Positions 1 through 14,716 of a stretch of DNA of 61,472 bases are shown here, piece after piece (the stretch's first letter is position 1; the number at the start of each line of letters is the position of its first letter). Where the stretch lies: assembly GCA_032718475.1 (NCBI GenBank), contig JAUCBJ010002569.1, positions 1 to 61,472 on the forward strand, written 5' to 3'. Both the position numbers and the translations under genes were made by a program. Source of the stretch: Nemertoderma westbladi (Eukaryota > Animalia > Xenacoelomorpha). The notes beneath the pieces were generated by a model. It saw only the letters and a list, made by a program, of their open reading frames with translations. It made no database searches and was not told the origin of the DNA.

Positions 1-2121
1 TATAAAGCGGATTCAATCCCACTAAAAGATAAATATTCCGCCTTTTATGATGACTTTAGTAAGATATGCAACAACAATTTAACGACTAAGGTCATATCTC
101 ATAAAAAAATTCCTCGAAAACCTTGGTTGTCGCATAACCTCATTCAGTCATCAATAAATAAAAATAAACTTTATCGAAAATATCTACTGCACCCAACAAA
201 TAGTAACTTCAAAAAATACAAAGATTATAGGAATACGTTTGTAAGCGCTATTCGTACTGCACAAAAAAATTATTATCACCAACAATTTCAAAACCACGGT
301 CAAAATATGAAAAAAACCTGGTCTACAATAAATTCTGTACTGCACAGAGCTGATAGAGCAAGCTGCCCCAAGAAAATTATTATTAAGGTAGATGGCCAAG
401 CAGATATAGAAGTGAAGGAACTGGATCAGATTGCTGAAGAGTTCAATAAACACTTTTCATCTATTGGCCCAAAACTAACAACTCAAATACAACCTGCTAG
501 CAATTCTCGTCCACTACGTTATATCAAAAACTTAAGCGCTAAGTCGTTTGTTTTACTAGAGACTTCTCCTGTTGAGGTTGAATATAATCTGCTTCACCTA
601 ACTGATTCCTTGGCGACTAATGATAAGGGGGTTCCAATAAAATTAATAAAAATTGCAGCAAATCCAATCTCAATCCATTTAAGTTACCTTATAAACATAT
701 CCATAACAAAAGGCTTTTTTCCGGACCAATTAAAACACGCGAAAGTTATTCCAGTATTCAAAAATGAAGATCCATTCAATGTTAATAATTATCGTCCAAT
801 CTCGCTTCTACCTATTTTTAGTAAAATTTATGAACGTATAATCAATGATCAGTTATTATCATACTTTGAGCAGCTTTCGTTATTAACTCCGAACCAATAC
901 GGATTTAGGAAAAAATCAACTACAACCCTGGGTATATTAAGTATAGTGGAGAAACTACGCTCAGCATTAGACTCCGGAGACACTGCATGTGTAGTTTACC
1001 TAGACCTCCAGAAGGCCTTTGATACGTTAGACCATCCAATTCTCTTAAAAAAGCTAGAGGCTTACGGCGTCCGTGGCACTCCATTTAATTTAATTAAAGA
1101 TTATTTAGCTAATCGAACTCAAGTAGTTTCGATTAATAATATTCTTTCATCATCTCAACCACTAGTTTGTGGGGTGCCCCAGGGGTCGATTCTGGGTCCT
1201 CTACTTTTTCTAATTTTTATTAATGATCTTCCTAATGTATCTGATTTATTAACGACTATGTTTGCTGATGACACAAGTCTCCTCCACGTAGGTAATGAAC
1301 CTTTAGCTGTGATCAATAGTGTAAACATCGAGTTCGATAAAATTGTAGATTGGCTCCATGATAATAAATTATCCCCAAATGTAAAAAAAACTGAATATTC
1401 TATATTTACTAATAAACGAGTTGACCTTAATTCCCTCCCTAAAGTGAAGCTAAAATGTGCGAGTTTGCTGAGATCTAATATTTCAAAATACTTAGGAATA
1501 AAAATAGATAGCAAATTATCTTGGAAATCCCACGTAACCTTTATACTAAAAAAAATTAGTAAAACATGTGGTATTTTTTATAAATTACGCCACATATTCC
1601 CCCTCCATATTCTTAGAACTTTATACTTCTCTTTAATTCACCCATATATCCAATACGGAATTACAGTTTGGGGAAGTACATATGAATCCGTAATAAAACC
1701 GCTCCGTACTAAAATTAATAAAATATTACGCACTATCACTTTTAGCGCACCAGATCCAACATCGTTTCGTCAAGCGTCCTCACTCCCCATTTACCAGTCA
1801 CTTGATATTTTACCTGTTGACCAATTATATAAACATGAAGTAATCAAATTTATGTACGACATACATCATAAAAAGTGTTTCAATTCTCCGGAAATATATA
1901 ATTTATTTACTAAAACATCTAAAGTCCACCATTATGGCACACGTTCAGTTACCAGCGATTCATTTTATGTACCTCCAATCAAACTAGTAGTAGCCATGCA
2001 ATCAATACGTTACCAGGGACCTATACTCTGGAACTCAATAGGAACCGATTATCGAAATTCTAAAACAAAAAGGTCTTTTTCGTTAAAAGTAAAACGTAAA
2101 TTACTTAATAATAATACTTAA
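1..2121 (+). CDS. Non-LTR retrotransposon (CR1/L2/Crack group) ORF2, reverse transcriptase and C-terminal region; 5' part lies outside the window
   Basis: Frame is open from base 1 (YKADSIP...KPWLSHNL). RT motifs NYRPISLL, QYGFR, LDLQKAFDT, GVPQGSILGPLLF, FADDT and KYLGI are present, plus the C-terminal HHYGTR motif. Confidence 0.95.
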   Translation, partial: YKADSIPLKDKYSAFYDDFSKICNNNLTTKVISHKKIPRKPWLSHNLIQSSINKNKLYRKYLLHPTNSNFKKYKDYRNTFVSAIRTAQKNYYHQQFQNHGQNMKKTWSTINSVLHRADRASCPKKIIIKVDGQADIEVKELDQIAEEFNKHFSSIGPKLTTQIQPASNSRPLRYIKNLSAKSFVLLETSPVEVEYNLLHLTDSLATNDKGVPIKLIKIAANPISIHLSYLINISITKGFFPDQLKHAKVIPVFKNEDPFNVNNYRPISLLPIFSKIYERIINDQLLSYFEQLSLLTPNQYGFRKKSTTTLGILSIVEKLRSALDSGDTACVVYLDLQKAFDTLDHPILLKKLEAYGVRGTPFNLIKDYLANRTQVVSINNILSSSQPLVCGVPQGSILGPLLFLIFINDLPNVSDLLTTMFADDTSLLHVGNEPLAVINSVNIEFDKIVDWLHDNKLSPNVKKTEYSIFTNKRVDLNSLPKVKLKCASLLRSNISKYLGIKIDSKLSWKSHVTFILKKISKTCGIFYKLRHIFPLHILRTLYFSLIHPYIQYGITVWGSTYESVIKPLRTKINKILRTITFSAPDPTSFRQASSLPIYQSLDILPVDQLYKHEVIKFMYDIHHKKCFNSPEIYNLFTKTSKVHHYGTRSVTSDSFYVPPIKLVVAMQSIRYQGPILWNSIGTDYRNSKTKRSFSLKVKRKLLNNNT

Positions 2122-2497
2122 ATGATATATTTATTAGTAATTATTAACACAATGGTCTGTCTGGTGCTTTCTACTAAATTTAATTTGTCTAATTTATTCC
2201 ATTATTGTTTTAGATTCATTGGCATCAATTATATATGTGTTGTGTTGATATGTTGCAGCTACGACTGAGTATACTAACAATTAATACCATTGTATAATAA
2301 TGAAGTAATGACATGTAAATGACAAGACTAATCAGCCCCAACCCCCCCCCCCCCCCCCCCCCCTCCCCACCAAACCCCCCCCCCCCTAGGCTCCAACATT
2401 TACTAGCGTTGCTACTCGTTGGTGCCTCCCAGTTATATATCTATTGTGATTAGTGCAATTTAAATATTCTTTATTATTGGGAAATACATATATTTGA
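2122..2497 (+). mobile_element. 3' UTR and tail of the + strand LINE
   Basis: C-tract at about 2341-2386. Stem-loop AGGCTCCAAC...TAGC-GTT-GCTA...GTTGGTGCCT at 2388-2427, like L2/Crack 3' recognition stems. Ends GAAATACATATATTTGA immediately before the satellite. Confidence 0.75.
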
Positions 2498-5400
2498 TAT
2501 AACATTACTCTATGTTATAACATTACTATATGTTATAACATTACTCTATGTTGTAACATTACTCTATGTTGTAACATTACTCTGTTATAACATTACTCTA
2601 TGTTATAACATTACTCTATGTTATAACATTACTCTATGTTATAACATTACTATATGTTATAACATTACTCTATGTTGTAACATTACTCTATGTTGTAACA
2701 TTACTCTGTTATAACATTACTCTATGTTATAACATTACTCTATGTTATAACATTACTATATGTTATAACATTACTCTATGTTATAACATTACTCTATGTT
2801 ATAACATTACTATATGTTATAACATTACTCTATGTTGTAACATTACTCTATGTTGTAACATTACTCTGTTATAACATTACTCTATGTTGTAACATTACTC
2901 TATGTTGTAACATTACTCTGTTATAACATTACTCTATGTTATAACATTACTATATGTTATAACATTACTCTATGTTATAACATTACTCTATGTTATAACA
3001 TTACTCTATGTTGTAACATTACTCTATGTTGTAACATTACTCTGTTATAACATTACTCTATGTTATAACATTACTATATGTTATAACATTACTCTATGTT
3101 ATAACATTACTCTATGTTATAACATTACTATATGTTATAACATTACTCTATGTTATAACATTACTCTATGTTATAACATTACTCTATGTTGTAACATTAC
3201 TCTATGTTGTAACATTACTCTGTTATAACATTACTCTATGTTATAACATTACTATATGTTATAACATTACTCTATGTTATAACATTACTCTATGTTATAA
3301 CATTACTATATGTTATAACATTACTCTATGTTATAACATTACTCTATGTTATAACATTACTATATGTTATAACATTACTCTATGTTATAACATTACTATA
3401 TGTTATAACATTACTATATGTTATAACATTACTCTATGTTATAACATTACTCTATGTTGTAACATTACTCTATGTTGTAACATTACTCTGTTATAACATT
3501 ACTCTATGTTATAACATCACTATATGTTATAACATTACTCTATGTTATAACATTACTCTATGTTATAACATTACTATATGTTATAACATTACTCTATGTT
3601 ATAACATTACTCTATGTTATAACATTACTCTATGTTGTAACATTACTCTATGTTGTAACATTACTCTGTTATAACATTACTCTATGTTATAACATTACTA
3701 TATGTTATAACATTACTCTATGTTATAACATTACTATATGTTATAACATTACTCTATGTTATAACATTACTCTATGTTATAACATTACTATATGTTATAA
3801 CATTACTCTATGTTGTAACATTACTCTATGTTGTAACATTACTCTGTTATAACATTACTCTATGTTGTAACATTACTCTATGTTATAACATTACTCTATG
3901 TTATAACATTACTCTATGTTATAACATTACTATATGTTATAACATTACTCTATGTTATAACATTACTCTATGTTATAACATTACTCTATGTTATAACATT
4001 ACTCTATGTTATAACATTACTCTATGTTATTACTCTATGTTATAACATTACTCAATGTTATAACATTACTCATGTTATAACATTACTCTAGTTATAACAT
4101 TACTCTATGTTATAACATTACTCTATGTTATAACATTACTCTATGTTATAACATTACTCTATGTTATAACATTACTCTATGTTATAACATTACTCTATGT
4201 TATAACATTACTCTATGTTATAACATTACTCTATGTTATAACATTACTCTATGTTATAACATTACTCTATGTTATAACATTACTCTATGTTATAACATTA
4301 CTCTATGTTATAACATTACTCTATGTTATTACTCTATGTTATAACATTACTCAATGTTATAACATTACTCAATGTTATAACATTACTCTATGTTATAACA
4401 TTACTCTATGTTATAACATTACTCTATGTTATAACATTACTCTATGTTATAACATTACTCTATGTTATAACATTACTCTATGTTATTACTCTATGTTATA
4501 ACATTACTCAATGTTATAACATTACTCAATGTTATAACATTACTCTATGTTATAACATTACTCTATGTTATAACATTACTCTATGTTGTAACATTACTCT
4601 ATGTTATAACATTACTCTATGTTATAACATTACTCTATGTTATAACATTACTCTATGTTATAACATTACTATATGTTATAACATTACTCTATGTTATAAC
4701 ATTACTCTATGTTATAACATTACTCTATGTTATAACATTACTCTATGTTATAACATTACTCTATGTTATTACTCTATGTTATAACATTACTCAATGTTAT
4801 AACATTACTCAATGTTATAACATTACTCTATGTTATAACATTACTCTATGTTATAACATTACTCTATGTTATAACATTACTCTATGTTATAACATTACTC
4901 TATGTTATAACATTACTCTATGTTATAACATTACTCTATGTTATAACATTACTCTATGTTATAACATTACTATATGTTATAACATTACTCTATGTTATAA
5001 CATTACTCTATGTTATAACATTACTCTATGTTATAACATTACTCTATGTTATAACATTACTCTATGTTATTACTCTATGTTATAACATTACTCAATGTTA
5101 TAACATTACTCAATGTTATAACATTACTCTATGTTATAACATTACTCTATGTTATAACATTACTCTATGTTATAACATTACTCTATGTTATAACATTACT
5201 CTATGTTATAACATTACTCTATGTTGTAACATTACTCTATGTTATAACATTACTCTATGTTATAACATTACTCTATGTTATAACATTACTCTATGTTATA
5301 ACATTACTATATGTTATAACATTACTCTATGTTATAACATTACTCTATGTTATAACATTACTCTATGTTATAACATTACTCTATGTTATAACATTACTCT

Positions 5401-8400
5401 ATGTTATTACTCTATGTTATAACATTACTCAATGTTATAACATTACTCAATGTTATAACATTACTCTATGTTATAACATTACTCTATGTTATAACATTAC
5501 TCTATGTTATAACATTACTCTATGTTATAACATTACTCTATGTTATAACATTACTCTATGTTATAACATTACTCTATGTTATAACATTACTCTATGTTAT
5601 AACATTACTATATGTTATAACATTACTATATGTTATAACATTACTCTATGTTGTAACATTACTCTATGTTATAACATTACTCTATGTTATAACATTACTC
5701 TATGTTATAACATTACTCTATGTTATAACATTACTATATGTTATAACATTACTCTATGTTATAACATTACTCTATGTTATAACATTACTCTATGTTATAA
5801 CATTACTCTATGTTATAACATTACTCTATGTTATTACTCTATGTTATAACATTACTCAATGTTATAACATTACTCAATGTTATAACATTACTCTATGTTA
5901 TAACATTACTCTATGTTATAACATTACTCTATGTTATAACATTACTCTATGTTATAACATTACTCTATGTTATAACATTACTCTATGTTATAACATTACT
6001 CTATGTTATAACATTACTCTATGTTATAACATTACTCTATGTTATACTGTAACATTACTCTATGTTACAACATTACTCTATGTTATAACATTACTCTATG
6101 TTATACTGTAACATTACTCTATGTTACAACATTACTCTATGTTACAACATTACTCTATGTTATAACATTACTCTATGTTATAACATTACTCTATGTTATA
6201 ACATTACTCTATGTTATAACATTACTCTATGTTATAACATTACTCTATGTTATAACATTACTCTATGTTGTAACATTTTTTCTATGTTATAACATTACTC
6301 TATGTTATACTGTAACATTACTCTATGTTATAACATTACTCTATGTTATAACATTACTCTATGTTGTAACATTACTATATGTTATAACATTACTCTATGT
6401 TATAACATTACTCTATGTTATAACATTACTCTATGTTATACTGTAACATTACTCTATGTTACAACATTACTCTATGTTATAACATTACTCTATGTTATAC
6501 TGTAACATTACTCTATGTTACAACATTACTCTATGTTACAACATTACTCTATGTTATAACATTACTCTATGTTATAACATTACTCTATGTTATAACATTA
6601 CTCTATGTTATAACATTACTCTATGTTATAACATTACTCTATGTTATAACATTACTCTATGTTATAACATTACTCTATGTTATAACATTACTCTATGTTA
6701 TAACATTACTCTATGTTATAACATTACTCTATGTTATAACATTACTCTATGTTATAACATTACTCTATGTTATAACATTACTCTATGTTATAACATTACT
6801 CTATGTTATACTGTAACATTACTCTATGTTTACTGTAACATTACTCTATGTTATAACATTACTCTATGTTATACTGTAACATTACTCTATGTTATAACAT
6901 TACTCTATGTTATACTGTAACATTACTCTATGTTATAACATTACTCTATGTTATAACATTACTCTATGTTTACTGTAACATTACTCTATGTTGTAACATT
7001 ACTCTATGTTATACTGTAACATTACTCTATGTTATAACATTACTCTATGTTATAACATTACTCTATGTTATAACATTACTCTATGTTAGTAACATTACTC
7101 TATGTTATACTGTAACATTACTCTATGTTATACTGTAACATTACTCTATGTTATAACATTACTCTATGTTATAACATTACTCTATGTTATAACATTACTC
7201 TATGTTGTAACATTACTCTATGTTATACTGTAACATTACTCTATGTTACAACATTACTCTATGTTACAACATTACTCTATGTTATAACATTACTCTATGT
7301 TGTAACATTACTCTATGTTATAACATTACTCTATGTTATAACATTACTCTATGTTATAACATTACTCTATGTTATAACATTACTCTATGTTATACTGTAA
7401 CATTACTCTATGTTGTAACATTACTCTATGTTATACTGTAACATTACTCTATGTTATAACATTACTCTATGTTATAACATTACTCTATGTTATAACATTA
7501 CTCTATGTTGTAACATTACTCTATGTTATACTGTAACATTACTCTATGTTACAACATTACTCTATGTTACAACATTACTCTATGTTATAACATTACTCTA
7601 TGTTGTAACATTACTCTATGTTATAACATTACTCTATGTTATAACATTACTCTATGTTATAACATTACTCTATGTTATAACATTACTCTATGTTATAACA
7701 TTACTCTATGTTATAACATTACTCTATGTTATAACATTACTCTATGTTATACTGTAACATTACTCTATGTTGTAACATTACTCTATGTTATACTGTAACA
7801 TTACTCTATGTTATAACATTACTCTATGTTATAACATTACTCTATGTTATAACATTACTCTATGTTATAACATTACTCTATGTTATACTGTAACATTACT
7901 CTATGTTGTAACATTACTCTATGTTATACTGTAACATTACTCTATGTTATAACATTACTCTATGTTATAACATTACTCTATGTTATAACATTACTCTATG
8001 TTGTAACATTACTCTATGTTATACTGTAACATTACTCTATGTTACAACATTACTCTATGTTACAACATTACTCTATGTTATAACATTACTCTATGTTATA
8101 ACATTACTCTATGTTATAACATTACTCTATGTTATAACATTACTCTATGTTATAACATTACTCTATGTTATAACATTACTCTATGTTATAACATTACTCT
8201 ATGTTATAACATTACTCTATGTTATACTGTAACATTACTCTATGTTGTAACATTACTCTATGTTATACTGTAACATTACTCTATGTTATAACATTACTCT
8301 ATGTTATAACATTACTCTATGTTATAACATTACTCTATGTTATAACATTACTCTATGTTATAACATTACTCTATGTTATAACATTACTCTATGTTATAAC

Positions 8401-11400
8401 ATTACTCTATGTTATAACATTACTCTATGTTATAACATTACTCTATGTTATAACATTACTCTATGTTATAACATTACTCTATGTTATAACATTACTCTAT
8501 GTTATACTGTAACATTACTCTATGTTACAACATTACTCTATGTTATAACATTACTCTATGTTATACTGTAACATTACTCTATGTTACAACATTACTCTAT
8601 GTTACAACATTACTCTATGTTATAACATTACTCTATGTTATAACATTACTCTATGTTATAACATTACTCTATGTTATAACATTACTCTATGTTATAACAT
8701 TACTCTATGTTATAACATTACTCTATGTTGTAACATTTTTTCTATGTTATAACATTACTCTATGTTATACTGTAACATTACTCTATGTTATAACATTACT
8801 CTATGTTATAACATTACTCTATGTTGTAACATTACTATATGTTATAACATTACTCTATGTTATAACATTACTCTATGTTATAACATTACTCTATGTTATA
8901 ACATTACTCTATGTTATACTGTAACATTACTCTATGTTACAACATTACTCTATGTTACAACATTACTCTATGTTATAACATTACTCTATGTTATAACATT
9001 ACTCTATGTTATAACATTACTCTATGTTATAACATTACTCTATGTTATAACATTACTCTATGTTATAACATTACTCTATGTTATAACATTACTCTATGTT
9101 ATAACATTACTCTATGTTGTAACATTTTTCTATGTTATAACATTACTCTATGTTATACTGTAACATTACTCTATGTTATAACATTACTCTATGTTATAAC
9201 ATTACTCTATGTTGTAACATTACTCTATGTTATAACATTACTCTATGTTATAACATTACTCTATGTTATAACATTACTCTATGTTATAACATTACTATAT
9301 GTTATAACATTACTATATGTTATAACATTACTCTATGTTATAACATTACTCTATGTTATAACATTACTCTATGTTATAACATTACTCTATGTTATACTGT
9401 AACATTACTCTATGTTACAACATTACTCTATGTTACAACATTACTCTATGTTATAACATTACTCTATGTTATAACATTACTCTATGTTATAACATTACTC
9501 TATGTTATAACATTACTCTATGTTATAACATTACTCTATGTTATAACATTACTCTATGTTACAACATTACTCTATGTTATAACATTACTCTATGTTATAA
9601 CATTACTATATGTTATAACATTACTCTATGTTATAACATTACTCTATGTTATACTGTAACATTACTCTATGTTATAACATTACTCTATGTTATAACATTA
9701 CTCTATGTTGTAACATTACTATATGTTATAACATTACTCTATGTTATAACATTACTCTATGTTATAACATTACTCTATGTTATACTGTAACATTACTCTA
9801 TGTTACAACATTACTCTATGTTATAACATTACTCTATGTTATACTGTAACATTACTCTATGTTACAACATTACTCTATGTTACAACATTACTCTATGTTA
9901 TAACATTACTCTATGTTATAACATTACTCTATGTTATAACATTACTCTATGTTATAACATTACTCTATGTTATAACATTACTCTATGTTATAACATTACT
10001 CTATGTTATAACATTACTCTATGTTATAACATTACTCTATGTTATAACATTACTCTATGTTATAACATTACTCTATGTTATAACATTACTCTATGTTATA
10101 ACATTACTCTATGTTATAACATTACTCTATGTTATAACATTACTCTATGTTGTAACATTTTTTCTATGTTATAACATTACTCTATGTTATACTGTAACAT
10201 TACTCTATGTTATACTGTAACATTACTCTATGTTATAACATTACTCTATGTTATACTGTAACATTACTCTATGTTATAACATTACTCTATGTTATACTGT
10301 AACATTACTCTATGTTATAACATTACTCTATGTTATAACATTACTCTATGTTATACTGTAACATTACTCTATGTTGTAACATTACTCTATGTTATACTGT
10401 AACATTACTCTATGTTATAACATTACTCTATGTTATAACATTACTCTATGTTATACTGTAACATTACTCTATGTTATACTGTAACATTACTCTATGTTAT
10501 AACATTACTCTATGTTATAACATTACTCTATGTTATAACATTACTCTATGTTGTAACATTACTCTATGTTATACTGTAACATTACTCTATGTTACAACAT
10601 TACTCTATGTTACAACATTACTCTATGTTATAACATTACTCTATGTTGTAACATTACTCTATGTTATAACATTACTCTATGTTATAACATTACTCTATGT
10701 TATAACATTACTCTATGTTATAACATTACTCTATGTTATACTGTAACATTACTCTATGTTGTAACATTACTCTATGTTATACTGTAACATTACTCTATGT
10801 TATAACATTACTCTATGTTATAACATTACTCTATGTTACAACATTACTCTATGTTATAACATTACTCTATGTTGTAACATTACTCTATGTTATAACATTA
10901 CTCTATGTTATAACATTACTCTATGTTATAACATTACTCTATGTTATAACATTACTCTATGTTATACTGTAACATTACTCTATGTTGTAACATTACTCTA
11001 TGTTATACTGTAACATTACTCTATGTTATAACATTACTCTATGTTATAACATTACTCTATGTTATAACATTACTCTATGTTGTAACATTACTCTATGTTA
11101 TACTGTAACATTACTCTATGTTACAACATTACTCTATGTTACAACATTACTCTATGTTATAACATTACTCTATGTTGTAACATTACTCTATGTTATAACA
11201 TTACTCTATGTTATAACATTACTCTATGTTATAACATTACTCTATGTTATAACATTACTCTATGTTATAACATTACTCTATGTTATAACATTACTCTATG
11301 TTATAACATTACTCTATGTTATACTGTAACATTACTCTATGTTGTAACATTACTCTATGTTATACTGTAACATTACTCTATGTTATAACATTACTCTATG

Positions 11401-12869
11401 TTATAACATTACTCTATGTTATAACATTACTCTATGTTATAACATTACTCTATGTTATACTGTAACATTACTCTATGTTGTAACATTACTCTATGTTATA
11501 CTGTAACATTACTCTATGTTATAACATTACTCTATGTTATAACATTACTCTATGTTATAACATTACTCTATGTTGTAACATTACTCTATGTTATACTGTA
11601 ACATTACTCTATGTTACAACATTACTCTATGTTACAACATTACTCTATGTTATAACATTACTCTATGTTATAACATTACTCTATGTTATAACATTACTCT
11701 ATGTTATAACATTACTCTATGTTATAACATTACTCTATGTTATAACATTACTCTATGTTATAACATTACTCTATGTTATAACATTACTCTATGTTATACT
11801 GTAACATTACTCTATGTTGTAACATTACTCTATGTTATACTGTAACATTACTCTATGTTATAACATTACTCTATGTTATAACATTACTCTATGTTATAAC
11901 ATTACTCTATGTTATAACATTACTCTATGTTATAACATTACTCTATGTTATAACATTACTCTATGTTATAACATTACTCTATGTTATAACATTACTCTAT
12001 GTTATAACATTACTCTATGTTATAACATTACTCTATGTTATAACATTACTCTATGTTATAACATTACTCTATGTTATAACATTACTCTATGTTATACTGT
12101 AACATTACTCTATGTTACAACATTACTCTATGTTATAACATTACTCTATGTTATACTGTAACATTACTCTATGTTACAACATTACTCTATGTTACAACAT
12201 TACTCTATGTTATAACATTACTCTATGTTATAACATTACTCTATGTTATAACATTACTCTATGTTATAACATTACTCTATGTTATAACATTACTCTATGT
12301 TATAACATTACTCTATGTTGTAACATTTTTTCTATGTTATAACATTACTCTATGTTATACTGTAACATTACTCTATGTTATAACATTACTCTATGTTATA
12401 ACATTACTCTATGTTGTAACATTACTATATGTTATAACATTACTCTATGTTATAACATTACTCTATGTTATAACATTACTCTATGTTATAACATTACTCT
12501 ATGTTATACTGTAACATTACTCTATGTTACAACATTACTCTATGTTACAACATTACTCTATGTTATAACATTACTCTATGTTATAACATTACTCTATGTT
12601 ATAACATTACTCTATGTTATAACATTACTCTATGTTATAACATTACTCTATGTTATAACATTACTCTATGTTATAACATTACTCTATGTTATAACATTAC
12701 TCTATGTTGTAACATTTTTTCTATGTTATAACATTACTCTATGTTATACTGTAACATTACTCTATGTTATAACATTACTCTATGTTATAACATTACTCTA
12801 TGTTGTAACATTACTCTATGTTATAACATTACTCTATGTTATAACATTACTCTATGTTATAACATTACT
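2498..12869. repeat. 18-bp satellite (TATAACATTACTCTATGT)n, about 560-575 monomers, with 13-, 16-, 22- and 23-bp variants
   Basis: Directly visible tandem array. Each repeat carries the 12-bp palindrome ATGTTATAACAT plus a 6-bp spacer TACTCT. Confidence 0.99.
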
Positions 12870-14150
12870 AGTTTTTGTTTTTAAATGTTTGTTGCAAACG
12901 GCTTCAAAATTTTCGTAGTATTGATCAAACTTTTTTTTGTTTGGAATGGTTGGATTTTTATAAGACCAAGTGTTGTGATTATTTAAATCACGGAGAAACA
13001 TTTGTTCATTAAAGTTTGTGTAGTCGAAGACTGTGTACCTGTTTTGGGGCGCAAAATAATTGGAAAAATTTTCGACGGTTACAAATGTAGACAGATGGTC
13101 TGTTGTGCCTATCTGAGACGAAAAAACTCCGGAATTAGTAATTCTATCGGTAACATTTGTAAAAATATGGTCCAATAGTGTTTTAGTTCCATTGGGTGAT
13201 ATACGAGTAGCAACTTTGATTAATTGGTCAAAACCGCATGAGCTAAATAGATCAATATACTTATTCTGTAATGGTTTATTTTTTAAAAGGTCCACATTAA
13301 AATCCCCTGTAATAATACAGCGCACTTTCGACTTGCCTAGCAAAGTTAGACTCATTTCGATTTTCATTTGAAAATCGTCAAGAGTGACGGTGTCAGGTCT
13401 ATAGATACAACTAACAACCATTGGCCATGATCCTGGAACATGTAACTGCAACCAAATATTTTCAATACCTGTTAACTTTAGGTCAACACGGTCCTGTACT
13501 TCAATTCCATCCTTTACAAAAATGGCTACACCACCGCGATGTTTGCAACCGATAGACCGATTATCAGTGAACGGTCCTTGGTATCCTTCTAATTTTAAAA
13601 AATCTAGGTTGTCGACATCACTTATGAAAGTTTCAGAAAATGTGAGAACATCAAAGTCCTTATTTAACATATCTAAGAAGTACGTGGTTTCTAATTGGTT
13701 TGTTATTAAACTTCTTATATTTAAATGAAAAACAGAGAATAATTTGGTTTTATTAAATTTAGAATTAAAACTGTCATGGTCGTAGTAACCGCCGGGTATA
13801 TTATAGTTGGCGCAATTTGTAACAGGATCAATCGAATCAAAAAGTGGGTTTGTAATGCTGGAGTCAATATCCACATCGGAATCGCAAATGGGTTCTGAAA
13901 ATATGTCTGAGTCATCATTGTCTATAAATGCAAATGGAAACATAGAATTATAACAATAAATACACGTTAATCCAAGGTTGTTCGGTGAGACCCGTACATT
14001 GTGTACTTCTGCAGAATTAAGAAACGTGCCGCAGGGTAAATGATATATTGATCTACAGACATCACAAAAAAATGACTCTTCGGACGGCTTTACTTTACAA
14101 AAACAGAAATTACAATCGGGCCCACATGTTGACGAATCGACACTTGACAT
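12870..14150 (-). pseudogene. LINE ORF2 N-terminal half (PHD finger + APE endonuclease), truncated before the RT by the satellite
   Basis: Likely ATG at 14150 (MSSVDS). PHD pattern CNFC..CDVC..YHLPC..CIYC. APE motifs HLNIRSL, FSETF, GGVAIFVK, CIYRP, GDFNVD, LDHIF, TDH. The frame runs into satellite sequence at LKTKT|SNVIT. Confidence 0.92.
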
Positions 14151-14476
14151 ATATTTCAATACAAAAAAATAAAATAAAAATAAAATACAAAAAAATAGGA
14201 AATATTTGGCATACAATGGGGAAAGATTCAATGAAGAAGTATAAAGCAAACAATAGTAATGTTAAGATTAGCTCCGGCACCGGCGGCTACTTAGGTTAAA
14301 CATTATTTGTACTTGTCCAACTGGCACCTATAACTCATTTTATATTGAAAATATATATTGGCAATATTATTAGGATAAGAAAATACCAGAAACATCAGAA
14401 TATTTTTGTATATCGAAGTAATTAATTATAATTCAATCGAAGTCTTATATTACAGCATTACTTAATATTTTAATCA

Positions 14477-14618
14477 ATAATGATACATTAATACTTAATT
14501 CAATAGCTTACATAATGATACATTAATACTTAATTCAATATCTTACATAATGATACATTAATACAATAGCTTACATAATGATACATTAATACTTAATTCA
14601 ATAGCTTACATAATGATA
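14477..14618. repeat. 35-bp minisatellite (ATAATGATACATTAATACTTAATTCAATAGCTTAC), about 4 copies, in the LINE inter-ORF spacer
   Basis: Copies start at 14477, 14512, 14547 (28-bp shortened copy) and 14575. Confidence 0.9.
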
Positions 14619-14716
14619 GTCTAACTTCCATTATAAATCTTAATTCATGTTGTTATATTAAAAGAGAAAAAGAAAATCATAGAACATATGAAACATTACG
14701 GTTCAGAGAGCTTAAA

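Noticed and set aside
4323-12918. Dozens of (VITLLY)n / (CYNITL)n ORFs
   Set aside because: They are translations of the 18-bp satellite, which lacks stops in two frames.
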